Source of the DNA: Eledone cirrhosa
Lineage: Eukaryota
DNA: 64,000 nucleotides
Direction of reading: 5' to 3'
Assembly: GCA_964016885.1 (NCBI GenBank)
Contig: OZ024747.1
Span: 54,374,001-54,438,000 of the forward strand
Positions 43,190 to 57,231 of the stretch are shown piece after piece (within the stretch, counting starts at the first letter, position 1; every line of letters starts with the position of its first letter). Under the pieces are notes generated by a model. It had not been told where the DNA came from. It saw nothing but the letters and a program-made list of their open reading frames with translations, and searched no databases. A program made the translations under genes and the position numbers.

Positions 43190-44661
43190 GACGTATTAGG
43201 AAATAATCCATTGAATATTGTCGTCCTGAATGGTCCTGGTTGGAACGTCTTTGAGAATAATAGGTCTACCCGTTTACGTATATCCTGACGGTTAAACATC
43301 AACAATGTTAACAACTCTATCACCACACTCATAAACAGCATCACCACCACCACCATCATCGCCACCACTACTACCACCACCACCACTACTACCCCCACTA
43401 CCACAAACATGACTACCACCACCACCAACACCACCCTAACACCACCAGCGCTACCAGCGTTACCACATCCACCGACGCCGCTAGCATCAGCAACAGTAGC
43501 AACAGCACCGCCACAGCCGTATATATGCTTTATGGTGGCATGTATGTATATTTAGAAAACTAAATTGCAATTTAATTATGATTGAACTTCTAAATAAGGC
43601 CCCTTACCTTACATGCCATAGAAATTATTCATCTAACTTCGTTCTAACGCCTGCCTCTATTCCTATATATTATTCTTTCTACACGGCAATGAAATGTGCC
43701 TTCCACTTTTCTTACTTTCTGTCTATGTCTCACTATTCTTTTCCCCATCACTCTCTCCTTGTCGTCCTCTCTCTCTCTCTCTCTCTTTCTCTCCCACTCT
43801 TTCTCTTCCATTAGAATTCGTATTTGTATTTCCCATTATACACCGTTTTCCCTCTGTTAAATTACAGACAAGCACACTATTACAGAGTTTTAGTAGTATA
43901 TAGATAGATGTATATATATATATATATTCTGTATCTAACCTTTGTGATCCTTTCTCTATTGTTGTGCTCTTGAATGAGGGATAAAGCGCGATAAGTTGAA
44001 CTTTCTTTCCCTTTTTTCATATAAAGTATGAAACTAGTAAGACGTTTTGTGTTACTGTTATGTTGGTTCCTTGAACTATATATAAGCGTTCCCTGTGATT
44101 TCTTCAAAAGAAACGGTTGTAATCCTGTAGAAGTCAATTTGTTGTATACACTCTACTAATTTTATTGAGTACCTTACTCATATATATATATATAAACTAT
44201 CTTCAATACATCCTTGTGATGGTTACATTTGTTCTGTAATCACAAGTCTCCATTTCAAGAAATAAAACATAATTACAGAACATAACATTAAACCTAAACA
44301 TAAGAAAGTCATTCGCACTTCTCATATGCTTTTTATTTAATCTTCTCTGACTAGATGAAAACATATCGAATATCATACATTATAGATATTTAGTTAAGAT
44401 ATTTTTGAGTTCTTTTTACTTGAAGTTATTTTGCAAAGTTTTTTTCAGAATAGTAGAAATTTAATTGTAATTTTCTTTGTAATCTTCTAGGTATATATAG
44501 CTTTACACTGCAATATGATATTATACTGATTGGGGAAGCTAAGCTAAGAAAGAATGCAACAAACAATAGCAAAAATATAATACAAAAAAAAACTCTGATA
44601 ATTTGTAAGTCAGCTAATGCAACAATGATATATGATGTAACAAATTCAGCAAGCAGCCGTG

Positions 44662-44724
<63 letters not shown>

Positions 44725-44785
44725 ATAGTAGTAGTAGTAGTAGTAGCAGTAGTAGTAGCAGCAGTAGTAGTTGCAGTAGCAGCAG
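44662..44785. repeat. (TAG)n/(CAG)n trinucleotide repeat
   Basis: Direct observation; a similar tract lies at 47875-47945. Confidence 0.95.
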
Positions 44786-45019
44786 AAGCATTTTTGCTCA
44801 TTTATCATCAGGAGACAATGAAATACAAAACTATGTAATGAACTTTGTAAGAATTGTGCAAGATACGAATAATAACGATTGTGGTGGTGATGATGATGCT
44901 GACAATAAGGATGATGATAATAATAATAATTGTTGCTACTTTAGGCACAACGCCAGCAATTTGAAGGGGAGATGAAAATAATAATTTCCTATATATATAG
45001 AAAGAGAAAGTAATTAGAA

Positions 45020-45230
45020 AATGCGACTATTCACTAAAGTACGACACTTCCGTTGTTTGGCGCGAAAATACCACAACATTCAGTGCCTAATCAGAGAATA
45101 ATCCCTAGCCTATCAAATTGTACTTCAAACTACAAATACTTTTCTGCATAAAATGAATCATGTCACACCAGATTTTGGCGTGAAATTATCAAATTATTCG
45201 ATGCGTAATCGCGTGATCTTCCTCAGTCTA
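45020..45230. promoter_or_regulatory. Possible promoter-like motif cluster (ETS + two E2F-like sites)
   Basis: CACTTCCG 45045-45052, TTTGGCGCGAAAA 45056-45068 and TTTTGGCGTGAAA 45173-45185 in a CpG-enriched patch; no gene identified. Confidence 0.3.
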
Positions 45231-45516
45231 GCAAATTTTACTTCAAACATATAGCGATATGAGCCACATTTATGGTATAAGACTGAAAGCAATTCCCAAC
45301 ATTAGTTGGTTACTAATTACAAGTCGGCATAGCTTAATACCTCTCTACATCTCTCAACTTTTGAAAATCAGGAAAATTGTGAAACCGGTAAATTAATAAA
45401 TAATTGCAATAAATTTTAAACTCCAATTGCATTTTAAACGTTTTCCCTCCTATCTTTACACGTGTGGGACATACTCTAGAGAACATACTTTAGAGTTTAT
45501 TATATATATATATGTT

Positions 45517-46071
<555 letters not shown>

Positions 46072-46798
46072 GCACATACTCGTACCTTACGTCTGTGCGT
46101 AAATACTTGTATATATATAAATATATATATATATATATACACAAATATCTAAATATATATATCTAAATGTATAGACGTGCATATATGTATAATTTTCTGT
46201 TTATATACGCATGTATGGGGGCGAGTATTTATACGTACTTATGAATATTTTTGTTTTATACATGTAGACGTAACGCAGACAGAATTAAAACGAAGATTGC
46301 CATCTTTGCAAAAGATTTTGGATCCACAAATAAAATTAAATAAGCCGAAAACATCTAATTGTATTGCAACAACCTAAATTTCAAGAGAACAGTTTCTAGA
46401 TATATAGATTTGGATAGAGATATACTTTTAAAATTTGGCTGTATTTTTTCGATATATAGATATAAATAAAAAATATATTTAAATAATTGGCTATATTTTA
46501 TGTAATAATTCTTTCAATATTTCTTCAGCTGTTTTATATTTAAGTTTATGATTGTATGATGTTGTCAAATTACTTGCGGGCATGACAGATACACTATATC
46601 TTACTTTTTCATGTTTACTTATTAATCTTTTATTTACCATTTATTTAATCTTATCTCAACTTCTCTGAGTAATGCATTTAAATATCTATCTATTGATTCA
46701 TCTAAATATTACTTCACATCTTGCATTCTTTTTCATTTCCTCTCTCTATTTATATACCTATGTATCTATGTATGTTTGTATGTATGTATGTATGTGTG

Positions 46799-46881
<83 letters not shown>

Positions 46882-47435
46882 TCACGCGCACACAAGCACA
46901 CACGCACGCACACATATATATATAATAAATGACTATATTAGACATAAATAAATCTATATATGTATATATGTGTGTGTATGTACGCTCATATATAAGTTTC
47001 TCTGCATACAAGTATATATGTAAGTATGTAAGTATGTATGTAAGTATATAAGTATATATGTATCTAACCATGTATATACTTGTCAACGAATGTATTGAAG
47101 TACATGTTAGATTAGTTCTAGAAAAATATTCTATAATGAGTATTTAATTGGTTTCAATTAAAACGCCATAAACCTCAATGTATGTAAATACAACTAGCTA
47201 CACATCTCAGTACCTTTATGCAGAAATAAACATTCTACTGTGGGTCTTTGAAGGAACACACACAAGTGTATATACATAGATTTATATATATACAAACAAT
47301 TAGCTATATATCCTAATTTAGCTATAGAAATCTACACAACCTAATTTTGAAAATCAACATGATCATAGTCTTGCACACCAAAAACATTCCATTAAAACAA
47401 ATTTTATTCTCAGATATACATGTGCATGTATTTCC

Positions 47436-47618
<183 letters not shown>

Positions 47619-47886
47619 TGTATACATACATACACAGACATATATAACTCTGAAATTATAACGCTGTGTATGTATATATATATATATGTGTCCGTTTGTG
47701 TGTGTGTGTGTGTATGTATTTATGCATGGTTATGTGTTTTGTAAGTATATGTGTACAAATATGTACGTATGTATGCATATATGTATAATGCAGTATGTAC
47801 TTTCATATTCTGTGATTTTTTCAAGATTTCTTCATTTCTCTAAATTTATCAAAAATAATAACATTTGTGTGGCTAGCAGCAGCAGC

Positions 47887-47947
<61 letters not shown>

Positions 47948-48089
47948 TATTAGGAGGTTGAGGAGGAGTCAATGCGCCCGACGACATCGTTACAGAATAT
48001 GATAACATAATCGTAATAGTTCTTTAAAAAATTATCGAATACAAAACCAATTATAGTTTTAAACATATATCACCATGACAGGAAACCAT

Positions 48090-48129
<40 letters not shown>

Positions 48130-48209
48130 ACACACACACACACACACAGATATACACACACATCTGTATGTATGTATGTATTTATGTATATATATATATG
48201 TATGTATGT

Positions 48210-48304
<95 letters not shown>

Positions 48305-48307
48305 CAC

Positions 48308-48343
<36 letters not shown>

Positions 48344-48684
48344 ATGTACGTATGCATTTGTATATATATATATATTTACATTCATACATGTACGTATATA
48401 TATGTAAAGACAAAAATAATATTTGATGTAAACGATTACAGATAATGGTGAAAACAGAAAATCTCTACATTTCATATACGATTAAAATTCTGTTCTACAT
48501 AAATGTTTATGTAAATTATTCATTATATCCCATTGCCTGATACGACACCCCTCATCAAATATAAATATTTCACTAGAGAGAGGGGAGGTAATGTTGTTAA
48601 ATTATCTTTTTTATATTTATAGATATAACTAATTTCATATATATTTCCATAGATATTGCTCTCCACTTTACACTGCGTCGTTCA

Positions 48685-48740
<56 letters not shown>

Positions 48741-48861
48741 TTATATATGTATATAAAATTAATATGTATACGTATGTTTGTAGCTTGAGTGTTTATGCGA
48801 GTGCTTGTTCGCAATTGCACGCATTCACACAGACACACGCGTGCACACACATACATTCATA

Positions 48862-48972
<111 letters not shown>

Positions 48973-49016
48973 TTATATGTATATATATGTATATATATAT
49001 ATATATACTTATATGC

Positions 49017-49047
<31 letters not shown>

Positions 49048-49061
49048 TATATGTATACATG

Positions 49062-49128
<67 letters not shown>

Positions 49129-50449
49129 GTATGTGTACGTTCGATAATTATGATCGTAAATATTTTTGTCGTGAATTTCCGACCTTATCCTATAATAAAA
49201 CTAAAACCACCACCTAATACCTCGTGCTTTCTATACACATGACCTGATTAAAGCAATATAAGGAAATATATATCAACTGGCGCCATCAAGCTTCGAAAAT
49301 TAGAAAATTTCGTTGCCTACGAAAATGTATGTAGATATGTGTATATATACATATGTATATCTATATATATAGAGATAGAGAGAGAGCGAACGAGAGAAGC
49401 AGAGATACACCAAGTGTGTACTCACTTTCTGTCTACGAACTTGAATGTAAGTAAACTGCCGGTTATAGTGGCTATATTTTCATGAAGTGAAGAACAGACT
49501 CTGGACTCGAACCTGAAAGAGCGTTATATAATACGAACCCCCTTCATCACGTAACTACTCTTGTTTCTCTGACTAATTTGTAATTGTAATAATTAATATT
49601 TGATTAGAGTTTGTTGTTTATAACGCACTACTGTTTTTCTGTTTTACACAATATCTTCCTTTCAATTTCCTTAAAGGTTTCCTTATATCTTTCCTGACTA
49701 CCTATTATGCAATGACTTTCATATTATGTTTTTTCGTTAGCTCAAACATTTTAAATTTTGTATCCGTTTTGCAAGATTCTTGATGTGAAATCTCATGTTG
49801 AAACATAAGTCATACTTCCAATTATAACATGTGTATCGGCTGAGATTCAATTCATAAATAAATAATCAAATATTAATCCATCTATCCGTTAGTTAATAAA
49901 CAAAACAGTAATAAAAACAAATAAAGTAATTTTAAATTTAAACCTGGAGGTGTGACCCAAATCAACACTGGTATCAATCAAGGTACATAGATTCTGACAA
50001 AAGGGCTTTGACAATTGAGTAATTAGTCGATTGGAGTCATAATCAACTGATGGATTAATTATCCGATTAATAGTACAAACTGAAAGTGAAACTGTTGAAC
50101 ATGTTTTAATTAACCGCGTGGCTCTCCCAAAGTACACCAATGTATGTATTCCATTAGTTCATTGTAAAATGGTGGACCCGGGGAATTATCCAAGAAAACT
50201 CATTGAAGCATTTTTATCTGGACATTTACGATTTGATTAAAATAACTACCTCATTTCTATTTTTCCTTTCTTTGTTCCGAGACCTACAAAATATTGTTGC
50301 AATCAAGTACTGAGATCTTATTAATTGATTGATACTAATGTTGGCAGACAAACCCGAAAAAGATTACTTGGGACCCCGTGAGTTTAAATGACTAATGTGT
50401 CTATAAACTACAATAAGCAATGTATTACCGTGATGAGAAGCGATTCCAG

Positions 50450-50590
50450 ATTTTCAGTAAATGTTGAAGACATTGAGGACAAAAGAGGAAGAGGAAGAAT
50501 ATATATCTCTGATATGCGTAATATTGAAGTTACGGACAAGAATGCATTTGTCTTTGAAGAGGCGAGAGACTAAACTAAATGGAAAACGAA
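50450..50590 (+). mobile_element. Highly decayed RTE-like 3' end
   Basis: IEDKRGRGR...EEARD*TKW resembles the RTE C-terminal (EGKRGRGRP...A.DR..W) pattern. Confidence 0.4.
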
Positions 50591-50890
50591 GTGACAGACA
50601 GTGAGAGAGAGAGAGAGATAAACTGAGACATAAAAGAAAGAAAGAGAGAAGATGACAAATAAAAGAAGCAGTAAAAAGAGGAGCGGTTGTAGAAAAATTG
50701 AAAGAAAGAGATGTGTATTCCACCGTATCAATTATAGACAATTGGTATGATTACTTTATGTACATTTGTGTAGTTTTTTCACCGTGTTCTCATTTGTAAT
50801 TGCTCTTTTCTCTATGTTTCTTCTAGTCTTAGTTCAATTCTCCATTTTTCTTATACAATATATAACAATTATATATGAATATATATATAC

Positions 50891-50960
<70 letters not shown>

Positions 50961-50983
50961 CACATATCATATATATATGTATG

Positions 50984-51021
<38 letters not shown>

Positions 51022-51499
51022 CATGCATGTATGTATTTATGTATGTATATATGTATGCGTGTATGCATCTATGTATGTGTGTACGTATGTGTGTATGTAT
51101 GTGTGTATGTATGCATCTATGTATGCATGATTGTATGTGTGTAAATATGTATATATGTATGTATGTATATATTTATGTATGTATATATGTATATATTCAC
51201 TATCGAATCGATTCTTCTAATTGTTTTTATATCGGATTGTGTTTTTCTCTTTACTAACTGTCAGGAGTTTGTGTAGTTTTTTTTTTTTGTCTATCATTGA
51301 TTATAAATATATTTCTAGAGAGTTCATTTAGTTGATTGAGAATTCGAATTGTTTTATTAGCGTCACTTCGATTGAATTACTGGTATTTCTTCTTTACCAT
51401 ATTTTTTCATTTGTTTTGTATGAATGATTGTATTTCGACTCGACAATCGCTATGATGCTGAACGTTTATTTTCCAGAGAGTAATATGTCACACGGTTTA

Positions 51500-52030
51500 T
51501 ACCGCAACACACCATATTGGCGCACGGTAATAGCAGATTTACCTTGTATGTGATCCCTGCCAAAAACTTTTTATCGGTGCTCAAATTTATTATTTCTACT
51601 GTTAATAAATTCTATCTGCAAGCCTTCAAATACTGTTGATCCTGGTCTGCATTTCAAATACTCTTTCTCCTTAATTCACAATTCGCCTATTGCGTACATA
51701 GCAGTATCACGTCTAATGTGAAGCATGGAAACTTCGGCTCTACGTAGTTGTGTCTTGCTCGTGAGTCGACCAGCTCTTAATGCCAAAGTATGATGCTATT
51801 ATTTACAAGATTTTCGATACGTATATCACTCCGGCCTTCATTCTAGGAATAGAACTTTAGTCCTTTCAATCTCTCCCAGTAGCTCATCTCCTCCATTGAG
51901 GCAATTTTCTTGTAGTTGCCTCTTGGATTGCTTCAATTTTTTGCAGTCAGCTGCGGGGCGACCTCTACTGAGAACAATAGGCTAGCCCTCTGAGGTCAAA
52001 TGTCCACCAGACTAGCAACTTGATTTCTAA
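51500..52030 (-). mobile_element. CR1/L2-type LINE 3' fragment, decayed
   Basis: Minus-strand broken frames LAYCSQ*RSP...KIEAIQ...KIASMEEMSYWERLKGLKFYS. Confidence 0.75.
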
Positions 52031-53075
52031 GTTTCTTGTTCTGAAAATCCGTAGAATGCAACGAGCTACTCATGAGCTCACTGTGGCCATTTTGGCGATG
52101 CATGTATACACACACACACACGTACCCCCCCCCCCCCCCACATATATATATATCAAGTATGTGTGTATATCTATGTTGACATTTGAGCCTGTGTCAGTGT
52201 TTATGTCCCGTATCTAGTAAATCGGTAAAAATAGTGCACTGGATTCGATATGAACCACTAAATCAAGAAGTGCTCCAGCCAGGCCGCAGTCTAATGAGTG
52301 AGACCCCATCAACAGATTTTTAAAAAAAATATAAAGTAAATATCTATAAATCCAATATCCACATTCACAGACACAAAGAAGACATAGAAAAATAAATATA
52401 TTCACATCATAACTACAAAATTCTTTAGTAAGATAGTTTATCACGCAATATTTTAGCTATATACATTTACGCTGATTTACAGGCAAAGAATCTTACTGCT
52501 AACAGCTTTCCAAATATTTCCTCTCTACACCATACCGAAAATAAAATATATATATATTCGACTTATTATACATAAAGTAATAGGAAGGAAAGAAAGAAAG
52601 AAAGCTACAAAAGAAGCAGAGAAAAATAGAAGAGAAAATACACTAAACATTTTGCTATTAAGGTTACTTGCCATTCGAAATATCAAAGAACAAGCGATGT
52701 AAGAAATTAGGAAAGGAAAAACAAGAGCAATAATAAAAACAACAACAACTACAACAACTATCAACAACACCATTAAAACCAATAACAATGATAGCAACGA
52801 CGACAACAACAACAACAACAGTAACAACAAACGAACAACAACAAAAGCAATAACAAAACCAACACGAAAATATAACAACAACAACAACAGCAACAACAAA
52901 ACTAATAATATTGACAATGGCAACAACAAAAGCAGTAACAGCAGCAGCGGCAATAACAAATGTAGGGAAAACTTCAGCAGTCATTATTATTTTTAAAAAA
53001 TGAACAACAATAACAACTGCAACAATATTGGTGAAAAAATTGATAAAAAATACATGAATGAACAAATATATATGT

Positions 53076-53164
<89 letters not shown>

Positions 53165-53229
53165 GTATGTATGTGTATACATATATATATATATGTATGT
53201 ATGTATGTATATGTACATATATGTACGTG

Positions 53230-53265
<36 letters not shown>

Positions 53266-53721
53266 TGTGTGTGTGTGTAAAATATATATATACAATAAAC
53301 CAAATACAACAGCAACAACAGCAACAACAACAAAAGAGAATCAAAAGTGAACAAAGTGAATGAAGAAAAATATAATACTGACAATATACAAAAATAGCAA
53401 AGACAACAATAGCAAGGAAAAATAAGAAACAGAGCCCCAAAAAATGTCACAGAATACCTCTATGACATTTATTTGATGAGTGGCCGTTGCTATGTAACAG
53501 TACTTATGAGAACATTCTCATCGTCGCCATCTTCCTTCTTTAAAAGTCTTATGAGAAAGAGAAAGTTACAAGATTTAAGATAAAGATTTAGGTCCGTGAA
53601 ACTACCTCTAATGAAGGATATATTGGCTGAAGAAAATAAAATATGATCTATGCATCATATCTATGTGTTTTTATGCACATACACAACCACACAGTCGCAC
53701 ACATACACACACACACACACA

Positions 53722-53792
<71 letters not shown>

Positions 53793-54061
53793 GCCCCCCC
53801 CACATAAATATATATGTATGTATAAATACACAAATATATATATGATTGTGTGTGTCTATACATACGTATATGTATGCATGCATTGTTACACACTAGTGCA
53901 TGTGTGTGTGTGTGTGTGTGTGAGTGCGCCTTTATGGATATGTCTATTCTGTAAGAGTGAGTCTATATGGGAACAAGCCAGACAGTCAGAAAAATTAAAA
54001 TGAATGACAATATACATATAGTTACGTGCATATATATATATGTATATATATACACATATAT

Positions 54062-54135
<74 letters not shown>

Positions 54136-54368
54136 AGTGTGTGTGTGTGTGTATACACCCACATAGATTTTCTTATATACATATATACATTCTTCAGTAA
54201 AATGATATTTTATATAATTCGATGAGGTTGCTATGGTCGATGAAAATACGAAATGGCGAAATATGTAAAATTTTCTTATTCTTCCCAGTGTGTCTGAGAA
54301 TATCTTCCAGCATAGCTTTGCACCATTCAGGGAATTCTTCATGGAGACATTTACTTTATGGTCTATGA

Positions 54369-54444
<76 letters not shown>

Positions 54445-54544
54445 CCATCTACTTCATTTATCAAAAGAACTGAAAACCTTTAACTTAAACCGTAAAATAA
54501 AACAGTAGACATACATTATTATCATTATTTATGATATATCATTG

Positions 54545-54608
<64 letters not shown>

Positions 54609-54640
54609 TATCATCATCATTATTATTATTATTATTATTT
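54545..54640. repeat. (CAT)n followed by (TAT)n
   Basis: Direct observation. Confidence 0.95.
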
Positions 54641-54992
54641 TAATTTTATTTCATTATTGTTTCTGAGATATATGCCGAGTGTCTTCCTGACACCTAGGGC
54701 AAATAAATTCACAGTGTGCATTGGTAAGCCAGTTTATACAGAACATTGATTATAATTTAATAAAAATAAACAAAAGAAAACACTATACATATATACACAT
54801 GTGCATATGCATATGTAAATACAAGGAGGGATATCAATCTTACAGAGATAGTGCTTCTCTCAATACGTGTGCAGTACCAGTCAAAACAATTTTTTGCACC
54901 TCGTGCAGAGAGGGTAAACCAGGAATCATTCGCAAATATTGTTCTGTTCCTTTCTTGATAATTCCCAGTCCTCCCACAATCACTGGTATTGA
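54620..54992 (-). mobile_element. R4/Dong-type non-LTR retrotransposon 3' fragment ending in (TAA)n
   Basis: Minus strand IPVIVGGLGIIKKGTEQYLRMIPGLPSLHEVQKIVLTGTAHVLR (54989-54855), matching the C-terminus of R4/Dong ORFs; not in the ORF track. Confidence 0.8.
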
Positions 54993-55281
54993 CAGGACAA
55001 TTGTTTACTTTGTAAATTGTTTACTTTGCATAGGTGCCAGTGGATATTATTATTATTATTATTATTGGCGACCAACGTAGTAAATCATATTATCGTGAGC
55101 TCCGCAAAGGTTTGTTATTTTCAGTTGTTTAAAATTGCCATTTATGGAAATATTTTATTGTTAACTGTATATAAGTGGACATACATTGTTTTCTGAAAAG
55201 GACACTCAAACAGATTGGGGTCTTGAGCCCAAAATTTTAAACTTTTATAATTATCAAACAAAGATTTTTCTTTGAAAAATC

Positions 55282-57197
55282 ATGGACGACTCACAGTCAC
55301 ACCTTCCTCACAAACTAACACCTCACACCGACACCACCATTGTAAATATTACTACGTTTGCCAACACTAAAAATATAAGCAGTAGCAATATTTTAAATTT
55401 GTCTCAGGCAGACATTCATTTCCCGCCATTACCATTCACTGCAGGTGTTAAAGCCGCCACCCCATCACCAGCACAGCGACAACAGAAACAAAAGAAAAAA
55501 ATAAATTAACTCGTGATATCGAAATGTATTCAACCAAAATGAACTCTTCCACAAGGAACAACACTGACGCTACCACCACCACAACTGAAACTAAAATTAA
55601 CAATAGCAAAAATAACGATAACAACAACAGCAACAATGAAATTAAGAAAACCACCCTGAGTTTTGCCAGATTAGCAAAACAGTGCGAAGCATTCCAGGTA
55701 ACTCTGGGCAAATTAGAAGAAGCCAAAACAATAGTAAAGAAAGATGGGTACAGGGTCATCCCCCCCCCCACACCTAATAAAATAGAGCATCGGCGCCTAT
55801 GCACCGTGTCTTATCGGACGAATAACATAAAATCGCGCCGAGTGGAACGGGCATCCGAGTCCCAAATCCAAAAAGCTTTGGGACATGTGTGGGCCAAAAA
55901 ACCTCACATCAGACGTGGGCAGAAGTATGGAACCGTGGACGTGTTCTTTGAAACACCACAGGAGGCTAGAGAACACTCCGTGGCCCATTAAGAAGTGACA
56001 ACTTCACACTCGTCCCAAGCTATTGTGGCCAGAGACACATAAAGATCAGGGTCCCCCACGTTCCACCGGTCATCGAAATTCCCCGGTTAATAGCTGCCGT
56101 CCTCGCCGGCATCGAAGCCAACACCAAGATAATCGAAATAGCGAAAGAAAAGCATGAGAACTGGTCCGGATCTGGGATGGAGCTCCTGATCCAAGCGGAC
56201 ACAAAAAAGCATTGAGGAGATTCCAGCGGTAATAGACCTCACTGACGGCAGCCACCTCACCGTAATTGTCGAGGGCAGAAAGCCTAGTTGTGTCGTTTGT
56301 GGTGAAGGAACCCACCTAAGGGCTTTCTGCCCTCAGGCTAATAGGTTGAGGCCACCTCTCCTACCCACCCCAGTGACTCAACCATCAACACCACTAGCAT
56401 CAGAGATGGCAGTAACAACTGTAGCAGCAACAACAGAAGCAACTGTAACAGCAACAACCCCAGCAACAGTAACAGAACCAACACCACCACCACCCAACGC
56501 GCCAGAACTAGCACCAGCGCCAACACCGTCCACCACGCCACAACCAAAACTAACGCCTGTGGAGGATTTTCCACTCCCCTGCCTATCACAACTGGAGACA
56601 GATTGTGACGACGAGGAGTGGGAAACGATATCAGGAAAAAAGAAAAAAAGAAACCAAAAAAGAAAAAATTCTCTTCCTTCCCCCTCCAAAAACAAAATAC
56701 AGAGGGAAACAAATAAACTATCAAACAAAAAAGTTAGGACAGATATGCCACCATCCACACCAGCATTACCAACCCCATCACCCCAAACACCAACACCAAC
56801 ACAATCACCATCATTAACCACAACACCACAAAAGTCACCAAAAAGCGAAACAGAAACAAACCCACAACAAACACAAACAAAACAAAACAACCAAAACGAT
56901 ACACACTACACAGCATTAAATTTGAACAACAACGAATTATTACACTACATCCAACACAACACCAGCATCACAGAAAAAGACTACACAACAACCCAAAAGT
57001 TCACACCACCTCCACACATACAAATCACTCGCATCACACAGAAAACGTACATGACACTAAAACAAAAATTCCCCAAAGACATCGGAGACTTCCGACAAGC
57101 ACTCTCCAGGAGGATTTATAAGGACATCCTTCCTGAGGAGGCCACAAGCAGTGAAAAGGATGGAGAAACCGTCCATCCTCTACGAGAAGTAAGGTAA
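55282..57197 (+). pseudogene. LINE ORF1 (gag-like; CX2CX4HX4C knuckle; Pro/Thr-rich tail), frameshifted
   Basis: Frames join via shifts near 55500, 55985 and 56205; VEGRKPSCVVCGEGTHLRAFCP with the knuckle at 56289-56330 is in frame with ORF 56346-57197. Confidence 0.8.
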
Positions 57198-57231
57198 GTG
57201 GTCTTTCCCATCTTTTCCACTCCATTTCAAC

